Source: Cyanobacteria bacterium J06626_4 | GTDB taxonomy: Bacteria > Cyanobacteriota > Cyanobacteriia > Phormidesmidales > Phormidesmidaceae | Direction of reading: 5' to 3' | DNA: 37,940 nucleotides | NCBI GenBank assembly: GCA_038523235.1 | Contig: JBCBJQ010000054.1 | Coordinates: 1 to 37,940, forward strand | In this document: piece by piece, positions 9,444 through 21,093 of the stretch | Position numbering within the stretch: the first letter of the stretch is position 1 | Layout of the letters: each line of letters opens with the position of its first letter | Made by a program: the position numbers and the translations under genes | The notes under the pieces: generated by a model | Told to the model about the DNA's origin: nothing | What the model saw: the letters and a program-made list of their open reading frames with translations, nothing else | The model's database searches: none

Positions 9444-10470
9444 CCAGCGCATTGCCCTCTTAATGCATGAGGGGACTGATAATCCTGGCGGTAAAACCGG
9501 ACTGGCCATTCTCCGCTATAGCCCCCTCAATATTGTGGCAGTGGTTGACCAGTGCCATGCCGGGAAATCAATTCGAGCCGTGACGGGTATTGAGCGCGAT
9601 GTCCCCATTGTGGCGTCAGTGGCCGAGGCCATGACATACGCTCCGACCGTCCTCACCATTGGCATCGCTCCCTCGGGGGGCATACTGCCACGCCCGTGGT
9701 ACGAAGAAGTCAAACAAGCCCTCAAGGCGGGCCTTAGCGTGGTCAATGGCCTACATACCTCGATGGCCGCCAACCCCGACATATCGGCTCAAATGCAACC
9801 TTCCCAATGGATTTGGGATGTTCGCCAAGAACCCACAGGATTACCGATTGGCAGTGCTGCGGCGCGCGCTTTACCCTGTCGCCGCGTGTTGCCGGTAGGC
9901 ACAGACATGGCAATCGGCAAAATGTCCACCAACCTAGAATTGTGCCTACTCGCTCATCAGCAGGGACTGCGAGCTAAAGTCATTGCGACTGGACAAACTA
10001 ACTTAATGCTGGGGGATGATGGCATTCCTCTCGATAGCATTCGAGTTGATTTTGCCGCAGGAGCGGTGGAACAGCAAATGATGCGCTACGGCCACGATCA
10101 CGATATTCTCTTCATTGAAGGGCAAGGGTCACTGCTACATCCCGGTTCAACAGCCACTTTGCCACTTCTGCGAGGGAGTCAACCAACCCATTTGATTCTT
10201 GTGCATCGAGCCGGACAAACCCATGTGCGCAATCATCCCACGATCAAAATTCCACCCTTACCAGAAGTCATTGCCCTTTACGAAGCAATTGCTTCAACAG
10301 GCGGCTGCTTTACTCCCGCTAAAGTCATTGGCATCGCTCTCAATACTCGTGATCTTGACGCAATGTCTGCACAGCAAGCAATCAAGACCACAATTCAACA
10401 AACGGGCCTACCTACCACTGATGTCATCCGATTCGGGGCAGAACAGCTCATGCAGGCTATTCTAAAGTGA
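9424..10470 (+). CDS. DUF1611 family P-loop protein (DgcN-like)
   Basis: GKTG, NGLH, VGTDMAIGKMST, ATGQT, DFAAGAVE and EGQGSLLHP motifs. Overlaps the epimerase by 20 nt. Confidence 0.9.
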   Translation: MQYLTADQRIALLMHEGTDNPGGKTGLAILRYSPLNIVAVVDQCHAGKSIRAVTGIERDVPIVASVAEAMTYAPTVLTIGIAPSGGILPRPWYEEVKQALKAGLSVVNGLHTSMAANPDISAQMQPSQWIWDVRQEPTGLPIGSAAARALPCRRVLPVGTDMAIGKMSTNLELCLLAHQQGLRAKVIATGQTNLMLGDDGIPLDSIRVDFAAGAVEQQMMRYGHDHDILFIEGQGSLLHPGSTATLPLLRGSQPTHLILVHRAGQTHVRNHPTIKIPPLPEVIALYEAIASTGGCFTPAKVIGIALNTRDLDAMSAQQAIKTTIQQTGLPTTDVIRFGAEQLMQAILK

Positions 10471-10501
10471 TTGGTAGACAGTCAACGAAGCCCTCAATCG
10501 C

Positions 10502-10726
10502 CTACTTCTTGCGGAGGCGGTAGGTAATGCGGCCTTTGCTCAGATCATAAGGAGTCAGCTCGACCTTCACGCGATCTCCAGGCAAGATTTTGATGTAGTT
10601 GCGCCGAATCTTACCTGAAATATGGGCCAAAACGTTGAAGCCATTATCCAGATCAACTCGGAACATTGCATTGGGTAAGGACTCTGTAACAGTACCTTCC
10701 ATCTCAATCAAATCTTGTTTAGACAA
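10502..10726 (-). CDS. infA: translation initiation factor IF-1
   Basis: [23 protein letters not shown]...HISGKIR...KGRITYR. Confidence 0.98.
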   Translation of the reverse strand: MSKQDLIEMEGTVTESLPNAMFRVDLDNGFNVLAHISGKIRRNYIKILPGDRVKVELTPYDLSKGRITYRLRKK

Positions 10727-10841
10727 GCGAACCTCCTAAAAACAGAGAAGAAACACTCCCAGGGCAGGGAACGTCACAAATTCTTATAAATAAATCGTCA
10801 TTAGCGTAGCAAATTTAGCAGAAAAATAGGCTACTGCAGAA

Positions 10842-11408
10842 TCACATCTCGACAACCTTGAGCAAATCTTCGGCCACTTTCTCAATAGGCTGGTTGCTGT
10901 CTACTGATACCAACTTTTGTCGATTACGGTAGAAATCAATCAGCGGTTCAGTGTTTTTGCGATAAACATCTAGGCGGTTACGGATAGTATCTTCTGTATC
11001 GTCTGATCGGCCTTCCACGAGTCCACGTTGAATTAAACGAGAAAGAACAACTTCGTCGTGTGCTTCAAGATTGACCACACAATCTAACGGCTGTTCAATT
11101 TCCTGTAGCAACTCGTCCAAAAAGGTTGCCTGCTCAACATTTCGAGGAAACCCGTCCAAGATCCAACCCTGTTCAGTATCTTCAACAGCTAAACGTTCGC
11201 GCACCAGTCCCAACGTCAGCTCGTCCGGTACCAACTCACCAGAGTTTAGGTAAGACTGAGCTTTTTTGCCTAACTCCGTCTGCTGAGCAACAGCAGCTCT
11301 AAAAATATCTCCCGTAGAAATATGAGGAACATCACAAGAGTGAGACAGCTGCTTGGCTTGAGTCCCCTTACCGGCACCCGGCGGGCCTAGAAAAATTAAT
11401 CGTGTCAC
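10842..11408 (-). CDS. adk: adenylate kinase (short LID)
   Basis: GPPGAGKGTQA P-loop, HISTGD, LDGFPR and GRSDD. Confidence 0.97.
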   Translation of the reverse strand: MTRLIFLGPPGAGKGTQAKQLSHSCDVPHISTGDIFRAAVAQQTELGKKAQSYLNSGELVPDELTLGLVRERLAVEDTEQGWILDGFPRNVEQATFLDELLQEIEQPLDCVVNLEAHDEVVLSRLIQRGLVEGRSDDTEDTIRNRLDVYRKNTEPLIDFYRNRQKLVSVDSNQPIEKVAEDLLKVVEM

Positions 11409-12721
11409 TACTGCTTCACCATCCCTTCGTAACGCTGGGAAATAACATAAGTTTGAATTTGCTTGGCGGTGTCGATCGCCACGCCTACCAGGATGAGGAG
11501 AGAAGTTGCTCCTAGGCCACGGAAAGTCTGTACCCGCGTCGCGCTTTCAACCGCACTAGGAATTACCGCTACTAAGCCCAAAAAGATCGCACCCAAAAAG
11601 GTCAGTCGATTCAACACTCTACCAAGATAGTCAGTCGTCGCTTTACCTGGACGAATGCCCGGAATACTCGCACCCATTTTCTTTAAGTTACGAGACATAT
11701 CTTCGGGGTTGACGACCAAAGATGCATAAAAGTAACTAAAGAACAAAATGAGCATGAGATAAAGCCCCACATACAAAGCCGAAGTAGGGTTCAAGTAATT
11801 GCTCACAAACCTGACGAAAGTTGGGTTGTTGACGTACTGAGTTAACGAAAGCGGCAGCACCAACACTGCTGAAGCAAAAATGATCGGCATCACCCCACCT
11901 TGGTTCAGGCGCAGGGGAAGATAGTTACTCTGTTCTAAATACAACTTACGGCCCACTTGCCGGCGAGCCGAAATAATTGGGATACGTCGAGTGCCTTCTT
12001 GCACAAAAACGATGCCGACAATCATGGCCAAAAAAACCAGGAGCAGAATAATGACGCCACCGACCAAGTTGCGATCGCCGCTCTGAGCCAACTCAACCGT
12101 TTGATTCAGTGATCGCGGCAGAGTGGAGACAATGTTCAAGAAAATCAGGAGCGAAGCGCCATTTCCTAAACCGCGCTCTGTAATCAGTTCACCCACCCAC
12201 ATCACAAACATAGAACCAGTCGTAAGAGCGACGACGGTTTGAAAAATGAAGAGGATTCCTGGCTGTTGAGCAAACGGTGCCAGTAAGAAAAGTGACAAAA
12301 GCGTACTTTGCAGGATTGCCCAACCCAAAGCCACGTAGCGAGTGATCTGAGAAATGCGCCGACGTCCAGCTTCTCCTTCGTTTTTCTGCAAATCCTCTAA
12401 GGAAGGAATTGCCGCTGTTAACAGCTGCATAATGATTGAGGCATTGATGAATGGCAAGATCCCGAGCGCAAAAATCCCGAGTGCCGATAGTCCACCCCCG
12501 ACAAAGATGTCGATAAATCCGACAAAGCCCCCTAAGCTGCCACTGCGAATAGCAGTGCCAAAGGCCTCTCTGTCAATACCAGGAACCGGAATAAAGATAC
12601 CCAACCGCACCAAGACAAGCAGGCCAAGGGTCAGCAGCAGCCGACTCCGTAAGCCAGCAGCCTGCGCCATTTGCATAAAAGTTTCCTGGGCACTAGGATT
12701 CTTGCCGCGGCTAACAACCAT
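11408..12721 (-). CDS. secY: preprotein translocase subunit SecY
   Basis: 10-TM protein with ALGILPFINASII, GLGNGASLLIF, GVMPIIFA and IPGIRPG. Confidence 0.98.
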   Translation of the reverse strand: MVVSRGKNPSAQETFMQMAQAAGLRSRLLLTLGLLVLVRLGIFIPVPGIDREAFGTAIRSGSLGGFVGFIDIFVGGGLSALGIFALGILPFINASIIMQLLTAAIPSLEDLQKNEGEAGRRRISQITRYVALGWAILQSTLLSLFLLAPFAQQPGILFIFQTVVALTTGSMFVMWVGELITERGLGNGASLLIFLNIVSTLPRSLNQTVELAQSGDRNLVGGVIILLLVFLAMIVGIVFVQEGTRRIPIISARRQVGRKLYLEQSNYLPLRLNQGGVMPIIFASAVLVLPLSLTQYVNNPTFVRFVSNYLNPTSALYVGLYLMLILFFSYFYASLVVNPEDMSRNLKKMGASIPGIRPGKATTDYLGRVLNRLTFLGAIFLGLVAVIPSAVESATRVQTFRGLGATSLLILVGVAIDTAKQIQTYVISQRYEGMVKQ

Positions 12722-12817
12722 GTCTCAAAATACCTCTGCAGCATCAGCGAAAAAACAGCAGGATGAACAACGCATCAACACAACCCTGCAATTGTGATCA
12801 TAGCGACTGAAGAGCCC

Positions 12818-13264
12818 TTAAGGAAGCAATTCGCAAGTGCCACCAGCCGCTTCGATTTTCTCACGAGCCGAGCGTGTAAAGGCAGTCGCCTTTACAGTCA
12901 GCGCCTTAGTTAATTCACCATCACCTAAAAGCTTGAGCGGGCCGTCGTCTGTCGTGACAATTCCAGCGGTCAACAAAGACGCTAGTGTTACCTCAGAATC
13001 GGCATCTAAAGCATCTAGAGCACTGACATTAACAATGGTATAGACCTTGCGGTTGACCACCGGAAAATGTTTCAGCTTCGGCACCCGACGATACAGAGGA
13101 AGTTGCCCACCTTCAAATCCCGGACGAGTACCCCGACCAGAACGAGACTTTTGGCCTCGCATGCCGAACCCGCAGCTCGCCCCTTGGCCCGCTGCAATTC
13201 CTCGGCCCACTCGCCGTCGCCGCCGCTTAGAACCCGCTTGGGGCTGAGCATCATTAATTCTCAT
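12818..13264 (-). CDS. rplO: 50S ribosomal protein L15
   Basis: RVGRG...GQKSRSG...GFEGGQ, in spc operon order. Confidence 0.98.
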   Translation of the reverse strand: MRINDAQPQAGSKRRRRRVGRGIAAGQGASCGFGMRGQKSRSGRGTRPGFEGGQLPLYRRVPKLKHFPVVNRKVYTIVNVSALDALDADSEVTLASLLTAGIVTTDDGPLKLLGDGELTKALTVKATAFTRSAREKIEAAGGTCELLP

Positions 13265-13312
13265 GGATGGCTCCTAACAACTACCTTGCAACAATCATTT
13301 CCCCAGGGGAGT

Positions 13313-13840
13313 TTAAGCGTAAAGCTTCTCAATAGGGACACCGCGCTCTTCGGCCACTTCTGCTAGCGTCCGCAGCGAGGACAACGCGTCAGCTGCAGCA
13401 CGAGCATTATTGAGGGGATTATTAGATCCCAGCTGCTTAGCTAAAACGTTACGAACTCCGGCCAGCTCCAATACAGTTCTTACTGCGCCACCAGCAATTA
13501 CGCCAGTACCCGGAGCTGCCGGTCGCATAAACACTTTGGCTCCGCCCCCGAAGCCAGTAGCCTGCTGAGGTAAAGAGTAGGAACGAGTCAGGGGCACATC
13601 CACAAGATGCTTTTTACCGTCCGCAACCCCTTTCTTAACCGCACCGATCACATCTCCGGCCTTGCCCACGCCGACGCCAACTTGGCCTTTCTCATTGCCA
13701 ATCACCACAATGGCGCGGAAGCTCAGCTTCTTGCCCCCTTTGACGACTTTGGTTACTCGGCGGATCTGAACGACACGCTCCTGCCACTCAGATTCTTTCT
13801 CTTTGCTTCGTGCGTTTTTCCGACGATTATTACTTGCCAT
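13313..13840 (-). CDS. rpsE: 30S ribosomal protein S5
   Basis: [10 protein letters not shown]...[12 protein letters not shown]. Confidence 0.98.
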   Translation of the reverse strand: MASNNRRKNARSKEKESEWQERVVQIRRVTKVVKGGKKLSFRAIVVIGNEKGQVGVGVGKAGDVIGAVKKGVADGKKHLVDVPLTRSYSLPQQATGFGGGAKVFMRPAAPGTGVIAGGAVRTVLELAGVRNVLAKQLGSNNPLNNARAAADALSSLRTLAEVAEERGVPIEKLYA

Positions 13841-13888
13841 CTTTTCCTAACCCCAGCATCCAAGATAAAACTCAAAAAATAAACGGCA

Positions 13889-14248
13889 TTAGAAGGACAA
13901 ACCGGCCTTGCGAGCGGCGTCTGCCAAGGCCGCAACACGACCATGGTAAAGCTTACCACCACGGTCAAAAATGACTTGGTTGATGCCTTGCTCACGGGCT
14001 CGTTCAGCCAAGAGCTGACCAACCATGGCGGCTCCTTCTTGAGTCGCCGATTTGCCCACTGCCTGTGCAGCGGCTTCAACCGTAGACGCGGCAACCAAGG
14101 TATGGTGCGCGGTGTCATCAATAATTTGTGCATAAATATGCTGATTGGAACGAAAAACCGCTAGCCGGGGTCTTTCCAAAGTTCCGGATACGCGCCGCCG
14201 AATACGCGCATGGCGACGACGGGTGAGTTCTTTACGACTTGCCTTCAT
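13889..14248 (-). CDS. rplR: 50S ribosomal protein L18
   Basis: [20 protein letters not shown]...[12 protein letters not shown]. Confidence 0.98.
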   Translation of the reverse strand: MKASRKELTRRRHARIRRRVSGTLERPRLAVFRSNQHIYAQIIDDTAHHTLVAASTVEAAAQAVGKSATQEGAAMVGQLLAERAREQGINQVIFDRGGKLYHGRVAALADAARKAGLSF

Positions 14249-14251
14249 GGT

Positions 14252-14791
14252 TTATTTCTTCCCTGCTTTACCAGCCTTACGCCGAACATACTCGCCTGCA
14301 TAGCGCACACCTTTGCCCTTATAAGGCTCCGGGGGACGAGCCGCTCGAATCTTGGCAGCCATGTTGCCAACAATCTCTTTATCAATGCCACTAACAACGA
14401 CATTAGTGTTGTTCTCAACCGCAAACTGAATGCCTTCTGGCGGTTCAAAAATCACTGGGTGGCTATACCCTAAACTCATGTTGAGGTTTTTGCCCTGAAC
14501 CTGAGCGCGATAACCCACGCCCTGAATTTCTAGGCGCTTTTGATAACCGTTAGAGACGCCCTCAATCATGTTGGCGACTAAGGTTCGACACAAGCCATGG
14601 CGCTCTCGTGATTTCCGTGAACTATCTTGGGGCTGAACAATGACAGTATCGCTTTCTTGTGAAATCACAACGCCCTCTGGAAAAACCCTAGAAAGCTCGC
14701 CCTTAGGACCTTTGACAGTGACGGCTTGACCATCAACAGTAACTGCCACTTTTGCAGGCACCGGTACCGGTCTCTTACCAATTCGGGACAT
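14252..14791 (-). CDS. rplF: 50S ribosomal protein L6
   Basis: MSRIGKRP...KGPKG...PPEPYKGKG. Confidence 0.98.
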   Translation of the reverse strand: MSRIGKRPVPVPAKVAVTVDGQAVTVKGPKGELSRVFPEGVVISQESDTVIVQPQDSSRKSRERHGLCRTLVANMIEGVSNGYQKRLEIQGVGYRAQVQGKNLNMSLGYSHPVIFEPPEGIQFAVENNTNVVVSGIDKEIVGNMAAKIRAARPPEPYKGKGVRYAGEYVRRKAGKAGKK

Positions 14792-14848
14792 GACTAAACC
14801 TCCTCCCTAACAATCGCCAACATCAGGTTGTCAAACCCTGCACTATCA

Positions 14849-15250
14849 CTACCAGACATAGCAAAGCACTTCGCCTCCAATACCCTGTTGTCGCGCGTCG
14901 CGGTCTGTCATGATACCGCTAGAGGTTGAGATGATCGCAATGCCAATACCACCTAATACCCGAGGCAACTCTTTGCGATTAGAATAAACTCGCAAGCCAG
15001 GACGACTAACTCGCTTCAGATTTTTAATGATAGGGTCACGGGTTTTACCGCGATATTTAAGTTTGATCACAAGTTTGCGCTGTACACCTTCACCCTCAAG
15101 GTCGAAGCTCTCGATGAACCCTTCCTCTTGCAAAACGTGGGCAATACTTCGCGTCATCCTTGTGGAGGGGATATCCACAGTTTGATGACGCGCGAGATTC
15201 GCGTTTCGAATCCGCGTCAGCATATCTGCGATTGTGTCGTTAGCCGCCAT
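14849..15250 (-). CDS. rpsH: 30S ribosomal protein S8
   Basis: [13 protein letters not shown]...SRPGLRVY...GGEVLCYVW. Confidence 0.98.
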   Translation of the reverse strand: MAANDTIADMLTRIRNANLARHQTVDIPSTRMTRSIAHVLQEEGFIESFDLEGEGVQRKLVIKLKYRGKTRDPIIKNLKRVSRPGLRVYSNRKELPRVLGGIGIAIISTSSGIMTDRDARQQGIGGEVLCYVW

Positions 15251-15271
15251 AGTCCTCTCCAGTGATTAAAC

Positions 15272-15817
15272 CTAATTCTCGCGGAAGGGCATGCCCAATT
15301 CCTTGAGGAGGGCGCGTCCTTCTTCATCAGTGCTGGCCGAAGTCACGATAGTGACATCCATGCCACGGATCTGGTCGATTTTGTCGTACTCGATCTCGGG
15401 AAAAATTAGCTGCTCACGCAATCCGAGCGTGTAGTTTCCGCGACCATCGAAACTTTTACCGCTGACCCCTCGAAAATCGCGGATGCGAGGCAGCGTCAGG
15501 TTAATGAGCCGGTTCAGAAAGGCGTACATGCGCTCAGAGCGCAGGGTGACCATTGCTCCAACTGGCATCCCCTGTCGAATTTTGAAGCCTGCGATCGCCT
15601 TCTTTGCTCTAGTAACCACTGGCCGTTGACCGGTAATGGTCGCTAGCTCCGCTACTGAGGCTTCAAGCGCTTTCGCATTTTGCGAAGCTTCTCCAAGGCC
15701 ACGATTAACCGTGACTTTGACCAACTTCGGCACTTGATGGATATTGCCATACTCAAACTGTTCCATCAGTTTGGGGATGACCTTGTCGGTGTAAAACGTT
15801 TTCAGCTGTTCAGCCAT
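15272..15817 (-). CDS. rplE: 50S ribosomal protein L5
   Basis: ITGQRP...LPRIRDFRG...FDGRGNY. Confidence 0.98.
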   Translation of the reverse strand: MAEQLKTFYTDKVIPKLMEQFEYGNIHQVPKLVKVTVNRGLGEASQNAKALEASVAELATITGQRPVVTRAKKAIAGFKIRQGMPVGAMVTLRSERMYAFLNRLINLTLPRIRDFRGVSGKSFDGRGNYTLGLREQLIFPEIEYDKIDQIRGMDVTIVTSASTDEEGRALLKELGMPFREN

Positions 15818-15912
15818 GTTCTAAATGTCCTCTCATGTTTCCTGGGCTTGGTCAGGAAACGGTGTGAAACAGTAAATTCAAACTGATACCTAAGCAACGA
15901 AGAGCAGTAAAA

Positions 15913-16260
15913 CTAGTCAATAATTTCACCTGTTTTCTTCAGCACTCGCACCTTTTTTCCCTCGTCAGTGAAGGTGTAACCCATCCGGCTAGCCACCTTT
16001 TGCTTTTCGGAGTAGAGCATCACGTTAGAGCTGTGAACCGGCGCTTCTTCGGTAACAATTTGCCCCGATTCTCCATCTTGTTGAGGCTTTACGTGACGGG
16101 TACGAATATTAACTCCTTTAACCAACACCTGGCTTGAGCGAGGCATCACCTTCAGGACTTCGCCAACCTTGCCTTTATCTTTACCGGCAATGACTTGAAC
16201 CGTATCGCCTGACTTAACATGCATCCGCGCTTTTGTGTCAGCTTTTTTCTTTTGAGGCAT
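15913..16260 (-). CDS. rplX: 50S ribosomal protein L24
   Basis: [17 protein letters not shown] motif and EAPVHSSNV. The start is either the ATG at 16260 or the one at 16263. Confidence 0.97.
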   Translation of the reverse strand: MPQKKKADTKARMHVKSGDTVQVIAGKDKGKVGEVLKVMPRSSQVLVKGVNIRTRHVKPQQDGESGQIVTEEAPVHSSNVMLYSEKQKVASRMGYTFTDEGKKVRVLKKTGEIID

Positions 16261-16625
16261 CACAACACCTCCGGTGCGAGTGAAACGATTTTGGTGAAGC
16301 TCTTGTCCCGAAGCTCACGAGCCACCGGGCCAAACACGCGAGTTCCTCTGGGGTTACCGTCCTGATTGATAATGACTGCAGCATTATCATCGAAACGAAT
16401 ACTCATACCGCTGTTACGTCGGAGAGACTTACGAGTTCGGACAATCACTGCTCGCACGACATCAGATTTCTTCACTGCCATATTGGGGATGGCATCTTTA
16501 ACGACCGCAACAACTACATCTCCCACTCCAGCGTAGGTTCGGTTGCCACCCAGCACTCGAATACACATGAGCTTACGAGCACCGCTGTTATCGGCCACAT
16601 TTAAATAAGTTTCTTGCTGAATCAC
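16260..16625 (-). CDS. rplN: 50S ribosomal protein L14
   Basis: [16 protein letters not shown]...GTRVFGPV...SLAPEVL (GTG start). Confidence 0.98.
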   Translation of the reverse strand: MIQQETYLNVADNSGARKLMCIRVLGGNRTYAGVGDVVVAVVKDAIPNMAVKKSDVVRAVIVRTRKSLRRNSGMSIRFDDNAAVIINQDGNPRGTRVFGPVARELRDKSFTKIVSLAPEVL

Positions 16626-16638
16626 GGTACGCCTCCTG

Positions 16639-16890
16639 TTAGACCTGCGCGGTTCGATTCAAAACATCAGCCACAGTCCATCGCTTGGTCTTACTCAACG
16701 GGCGAGTCTCACGAATGCGGACACGATCGCCAACCTTGCATTCGTTCTCTTCATCGTGAACTTTATACCGCTTAGTGCGAACCATAATCTTGCCGTACTT
16801 AGGATGAGGTACTCGGTTCTCTACCGCCACCACAACCGTCTTTTGCATCTTGTCGCTAACAACAAGGCCAATTCTTTCCTTAACTGCCAT
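16639..16890 (-). CDS. rpsQ: 30S ribosomal protein S17
   Basis: [11 protein letters not shown]...HPKYGK...[11 protein letters not shown]. Confidence 0.98.
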   Translation of the reverse strand: MAVKERIGLVVSDKMQKTVVVAVENRVPHPKYGKIMVRTKRYKVHDEENECKVGDRVRIRETRPLSKTKRWTVADVLNRTAQV

Positions 16891-16902
16891 TCCCTTTCCT
16901 CT

Positions 16903-17172
16903 CTATTCCTCTTCGACGGCACTAGTCACTAAGGCCTGAGTCGCCATTGCTTCCGGTTCTGATTGAGTGGCCGCAAGCTGCCGCTCCCTAAGCACAGTCA
17001 TTAGCTGAGCTAAACGATGTCTTTCATGCTTAAACTCATGCAGACCGGCCTCCAATTGACGAGTCGCCTGCTTAAAGCGCAAATCGAACAGTTTCCGCTT
17101 GGTGTCCACGATGGCCTTTTCTAAAGCCTGGTCGTCCAGTTCGCGAGCTTCTTTTACCTTCGGCAATGCCAT
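16903..17172 (-). CDS. rpmC: 50S ribosomal protein L29 (with acidic C-terminal extension)
   Basis: Lies between rplP and rpsQ; KLFDLRFKQAT...RHRLAQLMT. Confidence 0.95.
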   Translation of the reverse strand: MALPKVKEARELDDQALEKAIVDTKRKLFDLRFKQATRQLEAGLHEFKHERHRLAQLMTVLRERQLAATQSEPEAMATQALVTSAVEEE

Positions 17173-17174
17173 GA

Positions 17175-17594
17175 TTAAGAATCCTCCTGCTGACGAGCGA
17201 TCACTTTGGTCTTGAACGGCAGCTTAAATGACGCTAACCGCATCGCTTCACGGGCCACGTCCTCTGGTACACCCGCAATTTCGAAGATAATCCGGCCCGG
17301 CTTGACAACAGCCACCCAAAACTCAGGATTACCCTTGCCGGAGCCCATCCGGGTTTCTGCCGGACGCATGGTGACAGGCTTATCGGGGAAAACGCGAATC
17401 CAAATCTTACCGCCCCGACGAACATAACGGGTCATGGCTCGACGAGCCGCCTCAATTTGGCGGGAAGTCAACCATGAAGGCTCGATAGCCTGGATCGCAT
17501 ATTCGCCGAAATTAATTTTGTTCCCCCGTTGGGCCATGCCTCTCATGCGGCCCCGGTGCTGCTTACGGAATTTAGTTCGTCTAGGACTCAACAT
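17175..17594 (-). CDS. rplP: 50S ribosomal protein L16
   Basis: [11 protein letters not shown]...RMGSGKG. Confidence 0.98.
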   Translation of the reverse strand: MLSPRRTKFRKQHRGRMRGMAQRGNKINFGEYAIQAIEPSWLTSRQIEAARRAMTRYVRRGGKIWIRVFPDKPVTMRPAETRMGSGKGNPEFWVAVVKPGRIIFEIAGVPEDVAREAMRLASFKLPFKTKVIARQQEDS

Positions 17595-17665
17595 GGCTCA
17601 AATCTTGCCTACGAATCAATGGAAAAAATATCTTAGTCCCCATCAGTGGGACACAAGAGAAACGT

Positions 17666-18400
17666 CTAAGACTCATTAGAACGGTCTTCAAATTGCTGGC
17701 GTCGACGCTGTTGACGCCGACGTGGCTGGGCCGCATCACCGGCAGGGCGCTGATCTTCTTGTCCAGGAATAATCTCGCCGCGGAAAATCCAGACCTTGAT
17801 ACCCAAAACACCATAGGTAGTTTGAGCCGTTCGATAGGCGTAGTCCACATCAGCTCTCAAAGTATGCAATGGAACCCGCCCTTCTCGTGTCCACTCAGTA
17901 CGGGCAATCTCAGCGCCGTTCAAACGTCCACTCACCTGGATTTTGATCCCTTCGACTCCCGCTCGTTGGGCTCGTTGGAGCGCCTGACGAACCACCCGCC
18001 GAAACGCTACCCGCCGCTCTAACTGCTGGACGATGTACTCACCCACCAAAGGCGCATCAGCATCAACCCGAGTGACTTCAACTACATTGATGCGGATCTG
18101 CCGACTAGAATCATTGAGAGCTTTTTGCAAACCGACTCTGAGGGCTTCGATACCGCTGCCACCTCGACCGACAACAACACCAGGACGAGCAGTTCGAACT
18201 TCTAAGTCGATCTGATCCGCTTTGCGCTCAATGCGAATATCAGAAATACCCGCATTACTCAGATTCTTCTCGATATACTCGCGAATGATGTAGTCCTCTT
18301 TGAGGAGTTGGGGATAGCGATTGCTATCAGCAAACCACCGTGAACGGTGCTCTTGCACAATTCCTAAACGAAAACCCGTTGGATGTATTTTCTGTCCCAC
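17666..18400 (-). CDS. rpsC: 30S ribosomal protein S3
   Basis: [12 protein letters not shown] start (GTG at 18400, not the ORF track start 18442), KH domain and [11 protein letters not shown]. Confidence 0.97.
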   Translation of the reverse strand: MGQKIHPTGFRLGIVQEHRSRWFADSNRYPQLLKEDYIIREYIEKNLSNAGISDIRIERKADQIDLEVRTARPGVVVGRGGSGIEALRVGLQKALNDSSRQIRINVVEVTRVDADAPLVGEYIVQQLERRVAFRRVVRQALQRAQRAGVEGIKIQVSGRLNGAEIARTEWTREGRVPLHTLRADVDYAYRTAQTTYGVLGIKVWIFRGEIIPGQEDQRPAGDAAQPRRRQQRRRQQFEDRSNES

Positions 18401-18453
18401 TCGAAATCCCTCAGATAAAAGCTGTAACGGTGAACGACCCAATTGACTCGAAC

Positions 18454-18807
18454 TTACTCACTAGGAGCAACGCCAATCGTAATGTGACAAGTGGGCTTAC
18501 GAATTTGATAGGCCCGCCCCTGCGCTCGCGGTCGAAATCGCCGCAAAGTGGGTCCTGCATCGGCAAACGCTTCACTAATCACGAGTGAAGCCGGATCCAG
18601 GCCGTTGTTGTTCTCAGCATTGGCCACTGCTGAGCGGAGCACCTTGAGTACTGGATCACACGCTCGATAGGGCATAAACTCAAGAATAATCAACGCCTCG
18701 CGGTAGGACAGCCCTCGAATTTGATCGAGCACTCGCCGCACCTTGTGAGGTGACATTCGAATGTAGCGGGCAACCGCTTTAACCTGCTCAGTAGTATCAA
18801 CAGCCAT
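18454..18807 (-). CDS. rplV: 50S ribosomal protein L22
   Basis: RMSPHKVR...SAVANAENN...RPRAQGRA. Confidence 0.98.
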   Translation of the reverse strand: MAVDTTEQVKAVARYIRMSPHKVRRVLDQIRGLSYREALIILEFMPYRACDPVLKVLRSAVANAENNNGLDPASLVISEAFADAGPTLRRFRPRAQGRAYQIRKPTCHITIGVAPSE

Positions 18808-18827
18808 TAGACTCTCCGACTCCGAAA

Positions 18828-19106
18828 TTATCGACGCGCTTTCTTATCACTCTTGGCATGTCCCCGGAAGGTACGAGTGGGGGCAAACTCTCCCAGCTTG
18901 TGACCCACCATCTGTTCAGTCACAAAAACCGGTACGTGCTGACGGCCATTGTGCACGGCAATGGTGTGACCAATCATCTGGGGAATGATGGTCGAGGCTC
19001 TCGACCATGTCTTAATTACCTGCTTATCTCCTTTAGCATTCAGGGTCTCGACTTTGCGCATCAGGTGATCAGCGACAAAAGGCCCCTTTTTTAATGAACG
19101 CGACAT
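18828..19106 (-). CDS. rpsS: 30S ribosomal protein S19
   Basis: [10 protein letters not shown]...KTWSRAS...[11 protein letters not shown]. Confidence 0.98.
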   Translation of the reverse strand: MSRSLKKGPFVADHLMRKVETLNAKGDKQVIKTWSRASTIIPQMIGHTIAVHNGRQHVPVFVTEQMVGHKLGEFAPTRTFRGHAKSDKKARR

Positions 19107-19183
19107 AACTGTTAAAACCTCGCACTTCTCTCAAACTTGCAACACTCAGCCCTCGGTCTGAACCCAATTGATCAATTGAATCC

Positions 19184-20047
19184 TTAGGTATTACGACCGC
19201 CTCGTCCCCGCTTCGAAGTACGTCGCCGCCGCCGCACAATCAGAGAACTGCTAGCCTTTTTCTTCTTACGTGTCTTGAGACCCAACGCTGGCTTGCCCCA
19301 AGGCGTAACAGGGCCGCTGCGACCAATCGGTGCACGGCCTTCCCCTCCACCATGAGGGTGATCGACAGGGTTCATAACACTCCCTCGAACCTCTGGTCGG
19401 CGCCCCAGCCAGCGCTTGCGCCCTGCCTTCCCTAACGTAATATTGCGGGCATCGACGTGCCCTACCTGACCCAGGGTGGCATAGCATTCTCGTCGCACCA
19501 TACGTACTTCTGTAGAAGGCAGCTTGAGCGTAACGTAACCACCATCTTTAGCTACGACCTGAGCTGAGGTGCCAGCGGCACGAACAATCTGTCCACCCTT
19601 ACCAGGCTGCAGCTCAACATTATGGACTTCACTACCCAAAGGAATCTTGTGCAGCGGCAGAGCATTGCCAATTTCTAACGGCGAATCAGGGCCAGAGACC
19701 ACAGTGGCTCCTACCGCCAAAGAAGCAGGGTGCAAGATGTAACGCTTCTCACCATCCTGATAATGCAGTAAGGCGATCCGAGCATTTCGATTAGGGTCGT
19801 ACTCGATTGTCGCTACTTTGGCTGGAACATTAACCTTGTTGCGGTAAAAATCGATGATGCGATAAAGCCGCTTATGACCACCGCCGCGATGACGACACGT
19901 AATGACACCACGATTGTTGCGTCCCTTCGGACGATGAACCGACACGGTCAAGGATTTTTCGGGTTTAGAACGGGTGACCTCGGAAAACTCCGAAACTGTC
20001 CGCTCACGGGTACCAGGGGTAAAAGGTCGGTAGGAACGAATGCCCAT
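19184..20047 (-). CDS. rplB: 50S ribosomal protein L2
   Basis: EYDPNR...[13 protein letters not shown]. Confidence 0.99.
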   Translation of the reverse strand: MGIRSYRPFTPGTRERTVSEFSEVTRSKPEKSLTVSVHRPKGRNNRGVITCRHRGGGHKRLYRIIDFYRNKVNVPAKVATIEYDPNRNARIALLHYQDGEKRYILHPASLAVGATVVSGPDSPLEIGNALPLHKIPLGSEVHNVELQPGKGGQIVRAAGTSAQVVAKDGGYVTLKLPSTEVRMVRRECYATLGQVGHVDARNITLGKAGRKRWLGRRPEVRGSVMNPVDHPHGGGEGRAPIGRSGPVTPWGKPALGLKTRKKKKASSSLIVRRRRRTSKRGRGGRNT

Positions 20048-20098
20048 TGCTCAAATCACTCAATAAACTGTTTCTAAACAAGGAAGTCAAGATGCTTC

Positions 20099-20404
20099 CT
20101 AAACGTCTGGAAATAGGGGGATACTGTCGCCTTCTGCGAGGGTGACAACGGCGCGCTTGTAGTGAGGGCGAAACCCTTCAAATCGACCGACACGGCGCTT
20201 CTTCCGTGGCAAGTTGGCAGTGCTAATACCGACTACCTTGACGTCAAACAGCTCTTCGATCGCTGCTTTGATTTCTGGCTTATTAGCCTTAGGAGCGACT
20301 TCAAAGGTGTACTGATTGTTTTCGAGCAGCAATGTGGCCTTCTCAGTGATCAAAGGACGTCGGATCAAATCTGCTAATGTCCCCTGCTTAAATGCCTTAG
20401 TCAC
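20099..20404 (-). CDS. rplW: 50S ribosomal protein L23
   Basis: RPLITEKA...[10 protein letters not shown]...YKRAVVTL. Likely GTG start at 20404, overlapping the rplD stop. Confidence 0.95.
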   Translation of the reverse strand: MTKAFKQGTLADLIRRPLITEKATLLLENNQYTFEVAPKANKPEIKAAIEELFDVKVVGISTANLPRKKRRVGRFEGFRPHYKRAVVTLAEGDSIPLFPDV

Positions 20405-21029
20405 CGTAAACCTCCTGGATTTTCTCAACTGCTGCTGCCGTCAGGATCACGCGATCAGCATTTAGTAGATCGAACATATTCAAATTAGTCGCAGAAATGA
20501 TTTTGACGCGACTGATATTTCGCAGTGAAAGCACCACATTTTCCGGTTGCTCAGCCAGAATGAATAAAACTTTTTCATCTGTTGACACCCCCCAGCGCTT
20601 CATCGCTGCCACCATTTCACTGGTCTTGGGTCGAGGTAACTGATCGGCAAATTCTTGAACTACAACCGCCTCTGGAAAGCGACTCTGAAATGCTGTTCTG
20701 AGCGCTAAGCGACGTTCCTTACGGTTCATCTTGACGCTAAAGTCTCTGGGTTTCGGGCCAAAAATGACGCCGCCACCTTTCCACAGCGGAGAACGACTAG
20801 AACCGGCTCGGGCTCGTCCCGTACCCTTCTGCCGCCAGGGCTTTTTGCCGCCCCCTCTGACCTCTGACCGGGTCTTGCTTGCCAAGGTACCCTGGCGAGC
20901 ATTGTTCATCTGACGGACTAAAGCCCGGTGAACAATGTGGGAAGCCGTTTCAGGCTTTGCCACCTTGAGGTCAATGGCAGCTTTACCAGCTGCTTGACCC
21001 TGCCAATCTTGAACAACGCACTCAACCAT
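20397..21029 (-). CDS. rplD: 50S ribosomal protein L4
   Basis: [23 protein letters not shown]...FGPKPR. Confidence 0.98.
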   Translation of the reverse strand: MVECVVQDWQGQAAGKAAIDLKVAKPETASHIVHRALVRQMNNARQGTLASKTRSEVRGGGKKPWRQKGTGRARAGSSRSPLWKGGGVIFGPKPRDFSVKMNRKERRLALRTAFQSRFPEAVVVQEFADQLPRPKTSEMVAAMKRWGVSTDEKVLFILAEQPENVVLSLRNISRVKIISATNLNMFDLLNADRVILTAAAVEKIQEVYGD

Positions 21030-21093
21030 AGCTCTTAAATCTCTAACTCACGTCCCCGGATAGTTTTCGCCTTTCGCCCAGTCAGCCAACCGA

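Noticed and set aside
16903..16980. C-terminal extension on L29
   Set aside because: Low-complexity acidic tails on cyanobacterial L29 are variable and not informative on their own.
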